Source: Leptogorgia sarmentosa (taxonomy: Eukaryota). From it: a stretch of 64,000 bases of DNA. The notes beneath the pieces are model-generated. The model worked only from the letters and a program-made list of their open reading frames with translations, made no database searches and had not been told where the DNA came from. Position 1 is the stretch's first letter. Every line of letters starts with the position of its first letter. A program made the translations under genes and the position numbers. The stretch covers positions 2,976,001 to 3,040,000 of the forward strand of contig OZ210885.1 in NCBI GenBank assembly GCA_964658305.1, given 5' to 3'. Positions 12,001 through 23,270 of the stretch are shown piece after piece.

Positions 12001-15000
12001 GAATGGGTCCATTTAGGCATCTATTGCAATCTACATCACATAAACATGTCAATACTAGGTAAAGTGCTGTCAGTGCGTTCTATTTGTTCCTAACAACTTG
12101 CTATTTGGAATTATTTTGTTTTTACACCTTTTATGGTCCTCTGCTCCATCCTTTACGTCAGTCCCTCTATCTAATGCAGTCGGTTGTGCACCAATGTCTG
12201 TCGTTTCAGACAACCCTATAACACGTTCGGGAATCTAAAAACACAATTACTTTTGGTATAGTACTGATTCTATAAAAATTCCTAAAAAATGTTGGGGTGA
12301 TAGCATAAAAAAGAACAATATAACAATAATGTGCGTTTTATGATGTTTGGTATATTCTAATTTTTTAAATTCCAATATTTTTTTGTATCCGCATAGATTT
12401 TGCGTTATGCTAACGTTTGCTTGTTTTTGCGTTAATTACATTATGATTCGTTAATATTTAAAAATGATAAAAATACAGTCCTAAATTTACAAAAAAACAT
12501 GAATTTACTGGTAAAAATATTGAATATTTATTTATTTATATGTACCTCCATATCTAAATCCACGTTGTCTTTGCGGTGCACTGGAGTTTTCTCACTCATA
12601 ATTGCACCATTCTCAGAATCCCTCTCTTCGTTAGTATTTCTGTTTGTTGAATACTGAAGCTAAACGAAATGACATTTTCAGAACACAGAATTTCATTGAC
12701 ATCATTTCATCGGAACCATTCTGTCGTCCTATATTTGTAAATTTTAAGATAGTCTAGAAGTTGTTTTTGAAGAAGGTCAACGAACCGCACAATGTTCAAG
12801 ACAAAATCCAGTGTTTTTTTATGATTGTCAATTACACCAAACAATTAAGAAATTATTTGATGAGGTTTTTGTGATATGCGGAATTATCAAGGTCGAGGTA
12901 AGCCTTATAATCAGCCGAGCCGAATGTTTTATCATACATTTGAAGAATAATAAACAAAGTATTAACACATGAAAAACTTTATTTATGATATAAGCATAAT
13001 AAGCATTGCATTTGTCTGTGTTAATTAAATAGATACCGCTTGCTAATCATCGCAGGCTCATTTTGCAGACAACTCAATCATCTGCTGGCAGATAACTGGA
13101 TTTTCTGTAGGTTGCGTGAAGCTCTTAGCCAATCAAATTGCTATTACCAATTACAATGTATAATAACTTAAGTTACATGCAAAATAATATACAGTTAGCA
13201 TTGCATTTGTAAATACATCGATACTGTACGTACCTGCTTTAATCGTTGGTGTTTTTCAACGAGTATTTTATTTTGCTTTCTTAGCGTTGTTACCTCCTTA
13301 CAGAAGATACAGAAAGATTGTCAGTAACAAATCACAAAATTCCTGCCACCCAATCAGTTATCAATGAGTTCGATTAATTGGTGCCAGTACCTAGTACGTA
13401 CATTGATAAACTTCGAATTGGCTATCACTAATACCTAATGAACTAGCTCTTCCTGTTGAATGTAGTAATTCATGCTACTGTAATTTGTTTAAGTGTGTGT
13501 CAGAAAGTCAAGGTTTATATATACTTCTTTCACCTTTTGCAAATATATAACCAAATCATGCTTTCCGACCATGCTCCTTAACCATGATCCTCAACCATGC
13601 CCTTGATCATGTTTCCTAACTAATGCTCTTTAACTGTGCTTTAACCAAAACTTACCGGGAATAATGTTCAAGACAAAATCCAGTATATGACTGTGCGCAT
13701 GTTTTTTTATGAAAATAATTAAGAAATTATTTGATGAGGTTTTTGTGATATGCGGAATTATCAAGGTCGAGGTAAGCCTTATCATCAGCCGAGCCGAATG
13801 TTTTATCATACATTTGAAGAATAATAAACAAAGTATTAACACATGGAAAACTTTATTTGACGTATAGGTAATAGTATGGTTTCGAGTGCAATTTGGAATT
13901 AACATGCACGAGTGAGTTTTCCAAAGTCCTCAAAATAGCACGAGTCCGAAGAACGAGTGCTATTTGAGAGTTTTGAGGTCTTTGGAAAACTCACGAGTGT
14001 ATGTTATCCAAATTGCACGAGAAACCATACTCTTACTTGTTAATAGTTTGCATAAAAGTATTTGAGACAATTGTAGTTTTAACTGTCTCAAAGCGAAATT
14101 TCACCGGCAGAGTTTTCTTGCTTAGTTTATTTCACATTTTACAGCGATAACGGTTTCAAAAATTCACCCAAACACGTAACTTTTGTTAGTCTTGTTGGAG
14201 ATAAACTTTTTTCCGTCATAAGAAAAAGCTAAAAGCTATATTTTCGACTCTAATTTGATTGGTTGAAAGTGATAACAATTGCACCGTGATAACACAAAAT
14301 TGCACTGTGATAACATGTGCACGAAATTTTCACACTGTGATTACACAAAATTGCACTGTGATTACAGAAAATTGCACTGTGATTACACGAAATTGCACTG
14401 TGATTACAGAAAATTGCACTGTGATTACAGAAAATTGCACTGTGATTACACGAAATTGCACTGTGATTACACAAAATTGTACTGTGATTACAGAAAATTG
14501 CACTGTGATAACACGAAATTGCACTGTGATTACAGAAAATTGCACTGTGATTACAGAAAATTGCACTGTGATTACAAAAAATTGCACTGTGATTACAGAA
14601 AATTGCACTGTGATTTGGGATTAACTGCACTGAAATGAACCAATTGGAGTCGAGTAATACTTTTATGTATATTAATAATGATATAATAAGCATTTGTCTG
14701 TGTTAATTAAATAGATACCGCTTGCTAATCATTGCAGGTTCATTTTGCAGACAACTCAGTCATCTGCTAGCAGATAACTGGATTTTCTGCATGTTGTGTG
14801 AAGCTCTTAGCCAATCAAATTGCTATTACCAATTACAATGTATAATAACTTAAGTTACATGCAAAATAATACAGTTAGCATTGCATAAATTGTAAATACA
14901 TCAATACTGTACGTACCTGCTTTAATCGTTGGTTTCCTTCAACGAGTATTTTATTTTGCTTTCTTAGCGTTGTTACCTCCTTACAGAAGATACAGAAAGA

Positions 15001-16535
15001 TTGTCAGTAACAAATCACAAAATTCCTACCACCCAATCAGTTATCAATGAGTTCGATTAATTGGTGCCAGGCCTTGTTCGTAAACTTCCAATTGGCTGTG
15101 ATCACTAATAGCTAATGACCAGTAATTCTTGCTACTATAATTTGCAGTAACATTGTAAAATATGTGCTGGCTAAATACACTGATGCATGTCTCCTTTAAT
15201 TCTTGGTTTTCTACTGTCAGTTGCCTTTGCAACTGTTCAACCTTCAGAAGAGACAGACAGTCAGATTGTTACAAATCACAAAACCCAATCACTCATCAAT
15301 GAGTTCGATTAATTGGTGTTCAATGTAGGTAATTCTTGCTACTGTGCCTTAACCAAACCTTAATCATGCTTTCATTGTGCCTTTACCATACCCTTATCCT
15401 GCCATTACCGTGCTCCTTAACTATGCTATTCAACCATGCTCATCAACCATTCTCCTTTAACCATTCTCCTTAACCATGCTTTAACTATGCCTTAATTGTA
15501 CCTTAATCGTGCTGCTCAACTATGCTCCTCAACTGTGCTCTTTAACCATGCTTATGAGTTATGAAACAACTCTCTAACAATGTTCCTTAATTTACCATGC
15601 CTTAACTGTATCCTAACCATACCTTGACCATAATTTAACCGTCCCTTAATCATGCAAAAAACGGTGTCTCAACCATACCCATACTATGCCTTATAACCAT
15701 CCCTTAACCGTACCTTCTTCACCATACCTTAACCATGCCTTAACAGTACCTTAACCATACCTTAACTATGCATAAATGAATAGAATGGGAGTGTTTGTGT
15801 TCTAGTTGGTGCGTAATGATTCGATGATATTCAGCCCTATTAATATGCAATATAGCGATTAAATTGCCAAATATTCTGTACTGTAATGGATTACATATAC
15901 TGAATCTATGTATTGACTATTGACAGACTAAGATCGACGATCACAACATTCTTAGTACATAATTATATCATTACTTACATTAACCTTTTCCAAATCCATA
16001 TGTCGCAAAAGACCTCTGGCAAAAGACAATGATATCTAAATAAATACAGACATATTCAAACAATTATCTGACATTATACATCAAAACGGAAATATTAAAT
16101 TCCAAAATAATAATGAACCTCCTTAAACAGATAATGTTAATGTAATACTACTCCAATTACGCACTGTACTAACAATTCCAAAACTTCACACACAAAAATG
16201 TTTACAAATGACATTACATGGGTTTTTTTCGTTTTTTTCTTCAATACTATCTTCAATATTATTTCGATTACTCAGCATAAAAATCAGTGATCAGCGCTCT
16301 CACAACGAATTTTCAAAATTCCTTAGCGTGAGCTCCGGAATTCCTCAGATATTCCCAAAATTCCTTAAATGACTTGTTTATCCTTGCAACTACCCCCAAA
16401 GTACCCTGCAATCCCGTTCTTTTGCCTCTTGTTTTAAAAACAAGACTCAAATAGTTTCAAAATCGTTAATAAACACAATTTGTGAGGTACCTGAGCTTAC
16501 TAAAGTATATACAAGATAAAATGGGATAGAATGAG

Positions 16536-17013
16536 CAGTGGCGTAGCGAAGCCATTCCGATAGGGGGGGTGTAAAGCAAAATATTTTACCGACCTAAATA
16601 GGTTTGGGCACGACAGGGCCAGATTATTTGGCGGGGAGGGCGAGTCTCACGAGACGCCACCATGGTTGGCGTCGAGCGAGAAAATTTTGTGAATTTAGAG
16701 CCTCTAGATCGCCGGAAACGGCCATTTCAGAGTGTTAACCAAAGCCTTAACACTCAGAATAGAGTCTAGAGGTCTTAGATGTAGTACAACCACAGCTTGC
16801 GAACTAATCGCACACGGACATAGACAACAGACATATACTTTTACATATTTTACTTTTCTACTCTCTCTGTGATTTAATGACATAAATTGAAAATTTACCG
16901 ACCCTTTGGCTTCAAAACCGACCACAATTCATTTACCGACCATTTTCAAAAAAATTGGGGGGGTGTCACACCCCCCACACCCCCCACACCCCCCCCCCCT
17001 CGCTACGCCCCTG
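16536..17013 (+). mobile_element. MITE D, left copy (478 bp, hAT-like)
   Basis: TIR cagtggcgtagcga/tcgctacgcccctg with G/C-run subterminal regions. Confidence 0.92.
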
Positions 17014-17330
17014 AATACTACGCTGAATGTGTGCTTTACAAAGATATTTTAATTTGTGAATAAGACAGTACTCAATATATGTGCACTTGTCAATCTTTTA
17101 CATTCTATATTCTCACTCAGCTTAGTGTTAGGCTATTGAAATTATGAAAATAGATCATTTTCAATACTCGCTGTTCACACAATTTGAACACAACTGATTT
17201 CAAAAGATAATTTCTTATATAATGTAGAACACGAATATGTGAATATTCTTAAATATATTGCAAAATTAGCTAAATAAATATCAAAGCACTAACTTGATTG
17301 TTGCGTTTAATATTCATATTTAATTTCTAG

Positions 17331-17563
17331 GTTACAGACTCAATGTGACAATTTTGATGACAAAAGTGGTGTCTGACTGGCTTGCCTGTATATTAGAATG
17401 TGTCAAAGAGCCTTGCTGTCGATCAATCAATTATAAAAAGATACTGATAGCTCAGAATGAATCGAATTGTGAAATGTTGCATAATACGGTCCACAACTCT
17501 TCTCAGAAATCTTTACAAGCAAATTTTTCTTATGACCATGTTTATCTCAGTAATCCTCAAAAG
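17331..17563 (+). CDS. Captured exon 1: PAN/apple-like cysteine domain of a fibrinogen-related protein gene fragment
   Basis: Acceptor tttctag, donor AAG|gtaaaa. Translates (G)YRLNVTILMTKVVSDWLACILECVKEPCCRSINYKK...NCEML...YDHVYLSNPQK, with the C-x3-C...C-x-S-x-N-Y...C-E PAN-like pattern. Phase 1 to phase 0. Confidence 0.8.
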
Positions 17564-17590
17564 GTAAAAATAATTCACTACGCATAAAGG

Positions 17591-17975
17591 TACTACGATT
17601 TGTCGAGCACAATTCGGAGTCTGGCGTATGTAATCGGGTGAACACGCGCGAGAAAGTCGCATTTCAAATTACGATTCAAACTTTACACCCAGGAATTACA
17701 TGCAGAGGTCTAACTGTTGTACCCATTTTTGTGCGCATGCTCGGCAAGTTACTTGATGCGTACATCTGATTGGATGACGACCAAATTTGAACTTGCCGAG
17801 TTGATCATTTTTTAGCCAGGCCGCATTAAAAAAGTGGGCACATGAAAATGCCACTTTTTAATATTTAGTTAGACCTCTGTCTGATATATACTCTGTGCTC
17901 TTAACGAAGTAGAATGATGGCATACGTCTTTTTTCATACGTCTGAATGCGAATTGTACCGACTAATCGTAGCGTG
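17591..17975. mobile_element. Degenerate MITE in intron 1 of the cargo
   Basis: Imperfect inverted ends ctacgatttgtcg..acaattcg / cgaattgt..cgactaatcgtag; boundaries approximate. Confidence 0.5.
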
Positions 17976-18453
17976 TAAACGTATCTTGAAAGTGCACATG
18001 TCTAAAATCTTGCACTAACAAAGTGTAAAGATCAAGATCACATAATTGAAAAACGCACCATGACCAATGTCTCTTTGAATACTAAACGAATGTAAAAAAC
18101 ATTGGTTGGAAATAATTTGTTTCGTCAGATGTATTTGATAGAGTTCTAGAAAAAATCTTGAAAAATTTCAAATAAATCAACATCGTCTATAATAAGACGA
18201 TGAACTTCCGTCGACTTGACGAATTCTGATTTATCATTGAGGTGATGAGTTCACATGATGCCATACAATCGATGCCAGTCTATAGTATACTCTCGAATTA
18301 TCTTTCCAGTATACAACATCACCGAACATTTTTGTTCTCCTTATTTCGCATTAAACCTGTTTCATGCGAAACAGAATCTATTCGGTTTTTAGAAATTTTA
18401 TTACCAAAAAGAATAAGATTATCCAAGAATACATTATTAGTGTCCATTTATAG

Positions 18454-18502
18454 GAATACAATGAAAGCTGCTTTTCGAAGGTCCTAAATGGCAATATAAA
18501 AG
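18454..18502 (+). CDS. Captured exon 2: 49-bp linker exon (EYNESCFSKVLNGNIK)
   Basis: Acceptor catttatag, strong donor AAAG|gtaagt. Phase 0 to phase 1, exactly what is needed to join exons 1 and 3 in frame. Confidence 0.75.
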
Positions 18503-18634
18503 GTAAGTGATATGCGATGATCTCTTAGAGTCCATTTTGGGTCAAAGTATTTTTACTTTTAATTAATAGCTATAATAAACAACCTTAACGATCTCAAAAT
18601 TTCAAAATCATCGAAGTTTGAAATAGAGGGATAT

Positions 18635-20003
18635 CAGGGCCTGCGCGAACGGAGGGAAAAGGGGGTATTATCCCCCCCCCCCCCCCCAATGATATGGCAT
18701 ATAGTGCCCTATTAATTCTTTCCAGTATAACTTGGACATTGAGAGGACAGTAGTAAATAGTGGTATTATCACTTATGAATTGGTGTTACGCACAGATTTC
18801 GCCGTTATAGTACCCTGCGAGCAGAGCCTTACAGTAAATACCAAGATTGGTAACAATAAAAATCAGGGCTGCCTGCAACTTCTTTCTGGGGCATGGGGCA
18901 CCATCCCTCTTTCGGGGTAAGGTAATTTTATGCTCGATCGAATAACTCGATTATTGCATTTTGGGGCCCCTCAAAACATAGGTCCGGGGTAAATTGCCCA
19001 TCCTCCTTAACGATGCGGTCGTGATAAAAATCAATATTGATCGCAAAACGTGTTTCGTGTGGATCAGAAACGTCAACAAAATGCGAACTGGGAACAGTAG
19101 TATATTCCAGTGCCAGGGCATTGGGCCCGTGTATGTGGTGGCTTACAAGTTCAATATTCATTTATCTCAGCTTCGTGGAGCAGAATTTAGAAGTTATAGG
19201 CGCTCAACGCTGTCTGAAATGGACATTTCCGGGTTTGTAGCAGGGATTATTCTAAGGTGCAGTGATAACCAATTTGTGCAGTGATAAATGAGAATTGTGC
19301 AGTGATAAAATACATTTTGTGCAGTGAGTAAAATATGTTATCCCATGGTTATTCATCATTTATTAGAATTTGGGAATAACTTTAAGCATATACAACAGCA
19401 ATAGTTTCATAACTTTACATATTTTAGCAAAAAGCTAAATAGGAAAATAGGAAACAGTTTGATGTTCTGAATTGGGCAGTCAGACCTTTTCCAATACAAC
19501 TTTATATTCACATATTTCTATATTTTGTTGTGCTTTTGTGCAGTGATAAAATTTCCTTAGAATAATCCCTGGTTTGTAGAGAATTTAAATGTTCAATGGT
19601 GGCGCCTCGAACAGAACAAAACAATTATACACACTAGAGAAATTTGGCCCCGCTAGTAAAAGTCCCTTTTCGTCTGAAAATCAGCGAAATTCATGCTGAA
19701 ATTGCAGGAAGTCAAGTTTAGGGAGCTCAAAGATCAAACAAAATTTTGTTGGACCCCCTTTAACGTAGCTACATTTCTTTATTGTTTCATAATTATTTTC
19801 CTTTCCTTTCCATCCTTCCTATTTTATAATGATATTTCCACCCTTCATTAAAGTCCCTTTTCGTGTTTGCCCCACTGAACAACCTTAAAAAAGGCCCTGC
19901 AAAGAATTTTGCTTTTTATGGTGCGATACAAAACACGTGACATCAACATGTGCACTTTTTATTGAATTGTACCCCCATTATGAAAATGGACGCGCCGGCC
20001 CTG
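18635..20003. mobile_element. MITE E (hAT-like, 1369 bp including nested F) in intron 2 of the cargo
   Basis: Termini cagggcctgcgcg/cgcgccggccctg; 8-bp TSD agggatat. Confidence 0.85.
19241..19571 (+). mobile_element. MITE F (331 bp, hAT-like) nested in E
   Basis: TIR cagggattattctaagg; TSD gtttgtag; internal tgcagtgataa repeats. Confidence 0.92.
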
Positions 20004-20085
20004 AGGGATATTATAAAATGATATTATAACATCTATTCTAAGTAAAATAATAGTAGGCAGTAATAACATGAAGCACAGTTGAACG

Positions 20086-20410
20086 CAGGGATTATTCTAA
20101 GGAAATTTTATCACTGCACAAAAGCACAAAAAAATATAAAAATATGTGAATATAAAGTTGTGTTGGCATGGAAAAGGTCTGACTGCCCAATTCAGAACAT
20201 CAAACTGTTTCCTATTTTCCTATTTAGCTTTTTGCTAAAATATGTAAAGTTATGAAACTATTACTGTTGTATATGCTTAAAGTTATTCCCAAATTCTAAT
20301 GAATGATGAATAACATATTTTATTCACTGCACAAAATGTATTTTATCACTGCACAATTCTCATTTATCACTGCACAAATTGGTTATCACTGCACCTTAGA
20401 ATAATCCCTG
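20086..20410 (-). mobile_element. MITE F, second copy, inverted (325 bp)
   Basis: Same TIR; TSD gttgaacg; approximate reverse complement of 19241-19571. Confidence 0.92.
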
Positions 20411-20469
20411 GTTGAACGATGAGCAGGTGAATTAAACCGTGTTGATTTAAACCGTCCTTTTTATTACAG

Positions 20470-20847
20470 CAAAAGATTGCGCTGATCTTTATAAGGAAGG
20501 TCACACAACAAATGGTGTTTATTTCATTGATCCAGACGGCAAAGGCGCATTTAAAGTAAGATGTGATATGACGACATCAGGAGGGGGTTGGACGATCATT
20601 CAAAGACGTGTTGATGGTAGTGTAGATTTCTACCGTAACTGGAAAGATTACAAAAATGGTTTTGGTGATCCAACAGGCGAATATTGGCTTGGTCTGGACA
20701 AAATCAACCGACTAACAAATGTCAGTACAAAAGTCATTCGATTCGACCTTTGGGACACAACAGGAAACACGAAGTACGCTGAATACAGCTTCTTTGCCAT
20801 CGCTTCAGAAGATGCCAAATATAAATTGAGATTGGATACATATTCAG
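20470..20847 (+). CDS. Captured exon 3: N-terminal part of a fibrinogen C-terminal (FReD/FBG) domain, ficolin/tenascin/MFAP4-like
   Basis: Acceptor ttttattacag, donor TCAG|gtaac. KDCADLYKEGHTTNGVYFIDPDGKGAFKVRCDMTTSGGGWTIIQRRVDGSVDFYRNWKDYKNGFGDPTGEYWLGLDKI...YKLRLDTYSG carries the canonical FReD motifs. Confidence 0.95.
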
Positions 20848-20884
20848 GTAACACAGTTTAAAGAACGAGACAATGGTTGACACT

Positions 20885-21353
20885 CAGTGGCGTAGCGAAG
20901 CCATTCCGATAGGGGGGGGTGTAAAGCAAAATATTTTACCGACCTAAATAGGTTTGGGCACGACAGGGCCAGATTATTTGGCGGGGAGGGCGAGTCTCAC
21001 GAGACGCCACCATGGTTGGCGTCGAGCGAGAAAATTTTGTGAATTTAGAGCCTCTAGATCGCCGGAAACGGCCATTTCAGAGTGTTAACCAAAGCCTTAA
21101 CACTCAGAATAGAGTCTAGAGGTCTTAGATGTAGTACAACCACAGCTTGCGAACTAATCGCACACGGACATAGACAACAGACATATACTTTTACATATTT
21201 TACTTTTCTACTCTCTCTGTGATTTAATGACATAAATTGAAAATTTACCGACCCTTTGGCTTCAAAACCGACCACAATTCATTTACCGACCATTTTCAAA
21301 AAAATAGGGGGGGTGTCACACCCCCCACACCCCCCCCCCTCGCTACGCCCCTG
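20885..21353 (+). mobile_element. MITE D, right copy (469 bp), direct orientation
   Basis: Near-identical to 16536-17013; the differences I saw are in the G/C runs plus one SNP. Confidence 0.92.
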
Positions 21354-21988
21354 AGAATGAGCGACTTATCATCTCCTGAGCCGGACCGGAAGCGCACATT
21401 CGCGCAATTTATCAGAAACTATAATTATGTAAATTAACTATAATCACCATTTCTTAAATTTTAGTTTGCTGTGACATGTGTTTCACAGGCATTTTACCAC
21501 TAAGATAAAGAATTACCTTATTATTAATTAGTAATTCTTTAGCTCAGGGCATTTTACCAAAGGCTTTTCTCACTGAGCTAAAGAATTACTGGAGAGAGTG
21601 GCTTTTCTCGAAATATTAAAATTCCTTAGAAAATTCCTTAAAAATTGAACTCCTTAAAAAAATCCTTAAAACTTTGCTAAATTCCTATTTCTGAGGAAAA
21701 ATCCTTAGAAGTGAGAGCACTGTCAGTGATAAAAATATATATTCAAGCAGCTGGGAAAATTGAGGAAAATTGAGGTGGAAAATTGCTGGAAAATTGAGGA
21801 AATTGCAACAGCTGGGAAATTTGTGGCGCATGCGCTAGATTTGGCTTGCGTGGAATCCCACGAATAATGAACTCGCGCGCGAATTTCGAATGTCGTGGAA
21901 GCATAACAATAAGAAATTCCTATTCAAACTAATTAAATATCCATGATCCCGATGACGTCATTAGCAGTATATAATCCCCAGTGAACTC

Positions 21989-22366
21989 TTATCAGTTATC
22001 GACCTGGAACGAGGGGTATTCCACAAAAAAATACCCCGAGGAATGAAATATTCCGAGGGCGCAGCCCGAGGAATATTTCATTCCGAGGGGTATTTTTTTG
22101 TGGAATACCCCGAGTGAAAGGTCGATAACAGATATATTATACCGAAAATTTTTCATCTTCGACACATTCTGTGTTTTGTCGGCCATGTTGCCAAGGAAAT
22201 TGCCCGCAAAACAGGCCAGGCAGGAGGTCAAAATCCAAGTAGAGGGGAATATAAAGTGGAATTACCCTCCCAAGGTCAAATCGAGGGAAATACCGTAAAA
22301 AATCACACTATCACGTGGTACAAATGCTGTTTTTTCATTGGACAATTTGAATTTGAGGTATAATAT
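21989..22366. mobile_element. Element B, second copy at the same site in MITE A
   Basis: Identical to 7944-8321. Confidence 0.85.
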
Positions 22367-22572
22367 TATATAATAATATATATATCTGGAACGATAACAT
22401 TCAGTCATTCAATGCGAAAAACGTGAAGCCTCGGTACTAGTCTTTTACGCGGTTTGGACGTCAGCCTCAGTCCCTCAAACGTCAAGTTTACGCGGTTTGG
22501 ACGTCAGTTTCATTCCCCCTCTGCAAACCGTTACGCGGCCAGTATAAATGCGAACGCAATCAAGAAAAAAAC

Positions 22573-23177
22573 CAGTGCTCTCACTTCTAAGGATTTTTCC
22601 TCAGAAATAGGAATTTAGCAAAGTTTTAAGGATTTTTTTAAGGAGTTCAATTTTTAAGGAATTTTCTAAGGAATTTTAATATTTCGAGAAAAGCCACTCT
22701 CTCCAGTAATTCTTTAGCTCAGTGAGAAAAGCCTTTGGTAAAATGCCCTGAGCTAAAGAATTACTAATTAATAATAAGGTAATTCTTTATCTTAGTGGTA
22801 AAATGCCTGTGAAACACATGTCACAGCAAACTAAAATTTAAAAAATGGTGATTATAGTTAATTTACATAATTATAGTTTCTGATAAATTGCGCGAATGTG
22901 CGCTTCCGGTCCGGCTCAGGAGATGATAAGTCGCTCATTCTATCCCATTTTATCTTGTATATACTTTAGTAAGCTCAGGTACCTCACAAATTGTGTTTAT
23001 TAACGATTTTGAAACTATTTGAGTCTTGTTTTTAAAACAAGAGGCAAAAGAACGGGATTGCAGGGTACTTTGGGGGTAGTTGCAAGGATAAACAAGTCAT
23101 TTAAGGAATTTTGGGAATATCTGAGGAATTCCGGAGCTCACGCTAAGGAATTTTGAAAATTCGTTGTGAGAGCGCTG
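22573..23177 (-). mobile_element. MITE C in inverted orientation, inserted in MITE A
   Basis: 605-bp reverse complement of 30781-31385 with a new 8-bp TSD aaaaaaac. Site is empty in the other A copies. Confidence 0.93.
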
Positions 23178-23270
23178 AAAAAAACATTTAAAAAATATCG
23201 CCAACGCAATGCAATACATTGTAGGAACAAACTGTTTTGCTCCTAAAATTTATCGCATTGCGTTCGCTGT

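Larger units (their letters stand above)
16536..21353 (+). mobile_element. Composite transposon: MITE D - host gene cargo - MITE D (4818 bp)
   Basis: 8-bp TSD agaatgag at 16528-16535 and 21354-21361 flanks the whole block. Uninterrupted C copies have a single agaatgag. The inner flanks (aatactac, ttgacact) differ. Confidence 0.9.
16292..21722 (+). mobile_element. MITE C (605-bp hAT-like), interrupted by the 4.8-kb composite transposon
   Basis: TIR cagcgctctcac/gtgagagcactg; 8-bp TSD tcagtgat; repeated subterminal attcctta motifs; 5431 = 605 + 4818 + 8. Confidence 0.93.
8613..23270. repeat. Array copy 2 (14658 bp), expanded by MITE C with the nested composite transposon and a second, inverted C
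   Basis: Length accounts exactly: 8612 + 5433 + 613. Confidence 0.95.

Noticed and set aside
20568..20861. Stand-alone 97-aa fibrinogen ORF as given in the track
   Set aside because: The ATG is internal (CDM motif) and the end runs into an intron; the real unit is exon 20470-20847.
16536..21353. LTR retrotransposon (two direct ~470-bp repeats plus TSD)
   Set aside because: The repeats have their own TIRs and CAG...CTG ends rather than TG...CA, the TSD is 8 bp, there is no gag/pol or PBS, and the interior retains introns.
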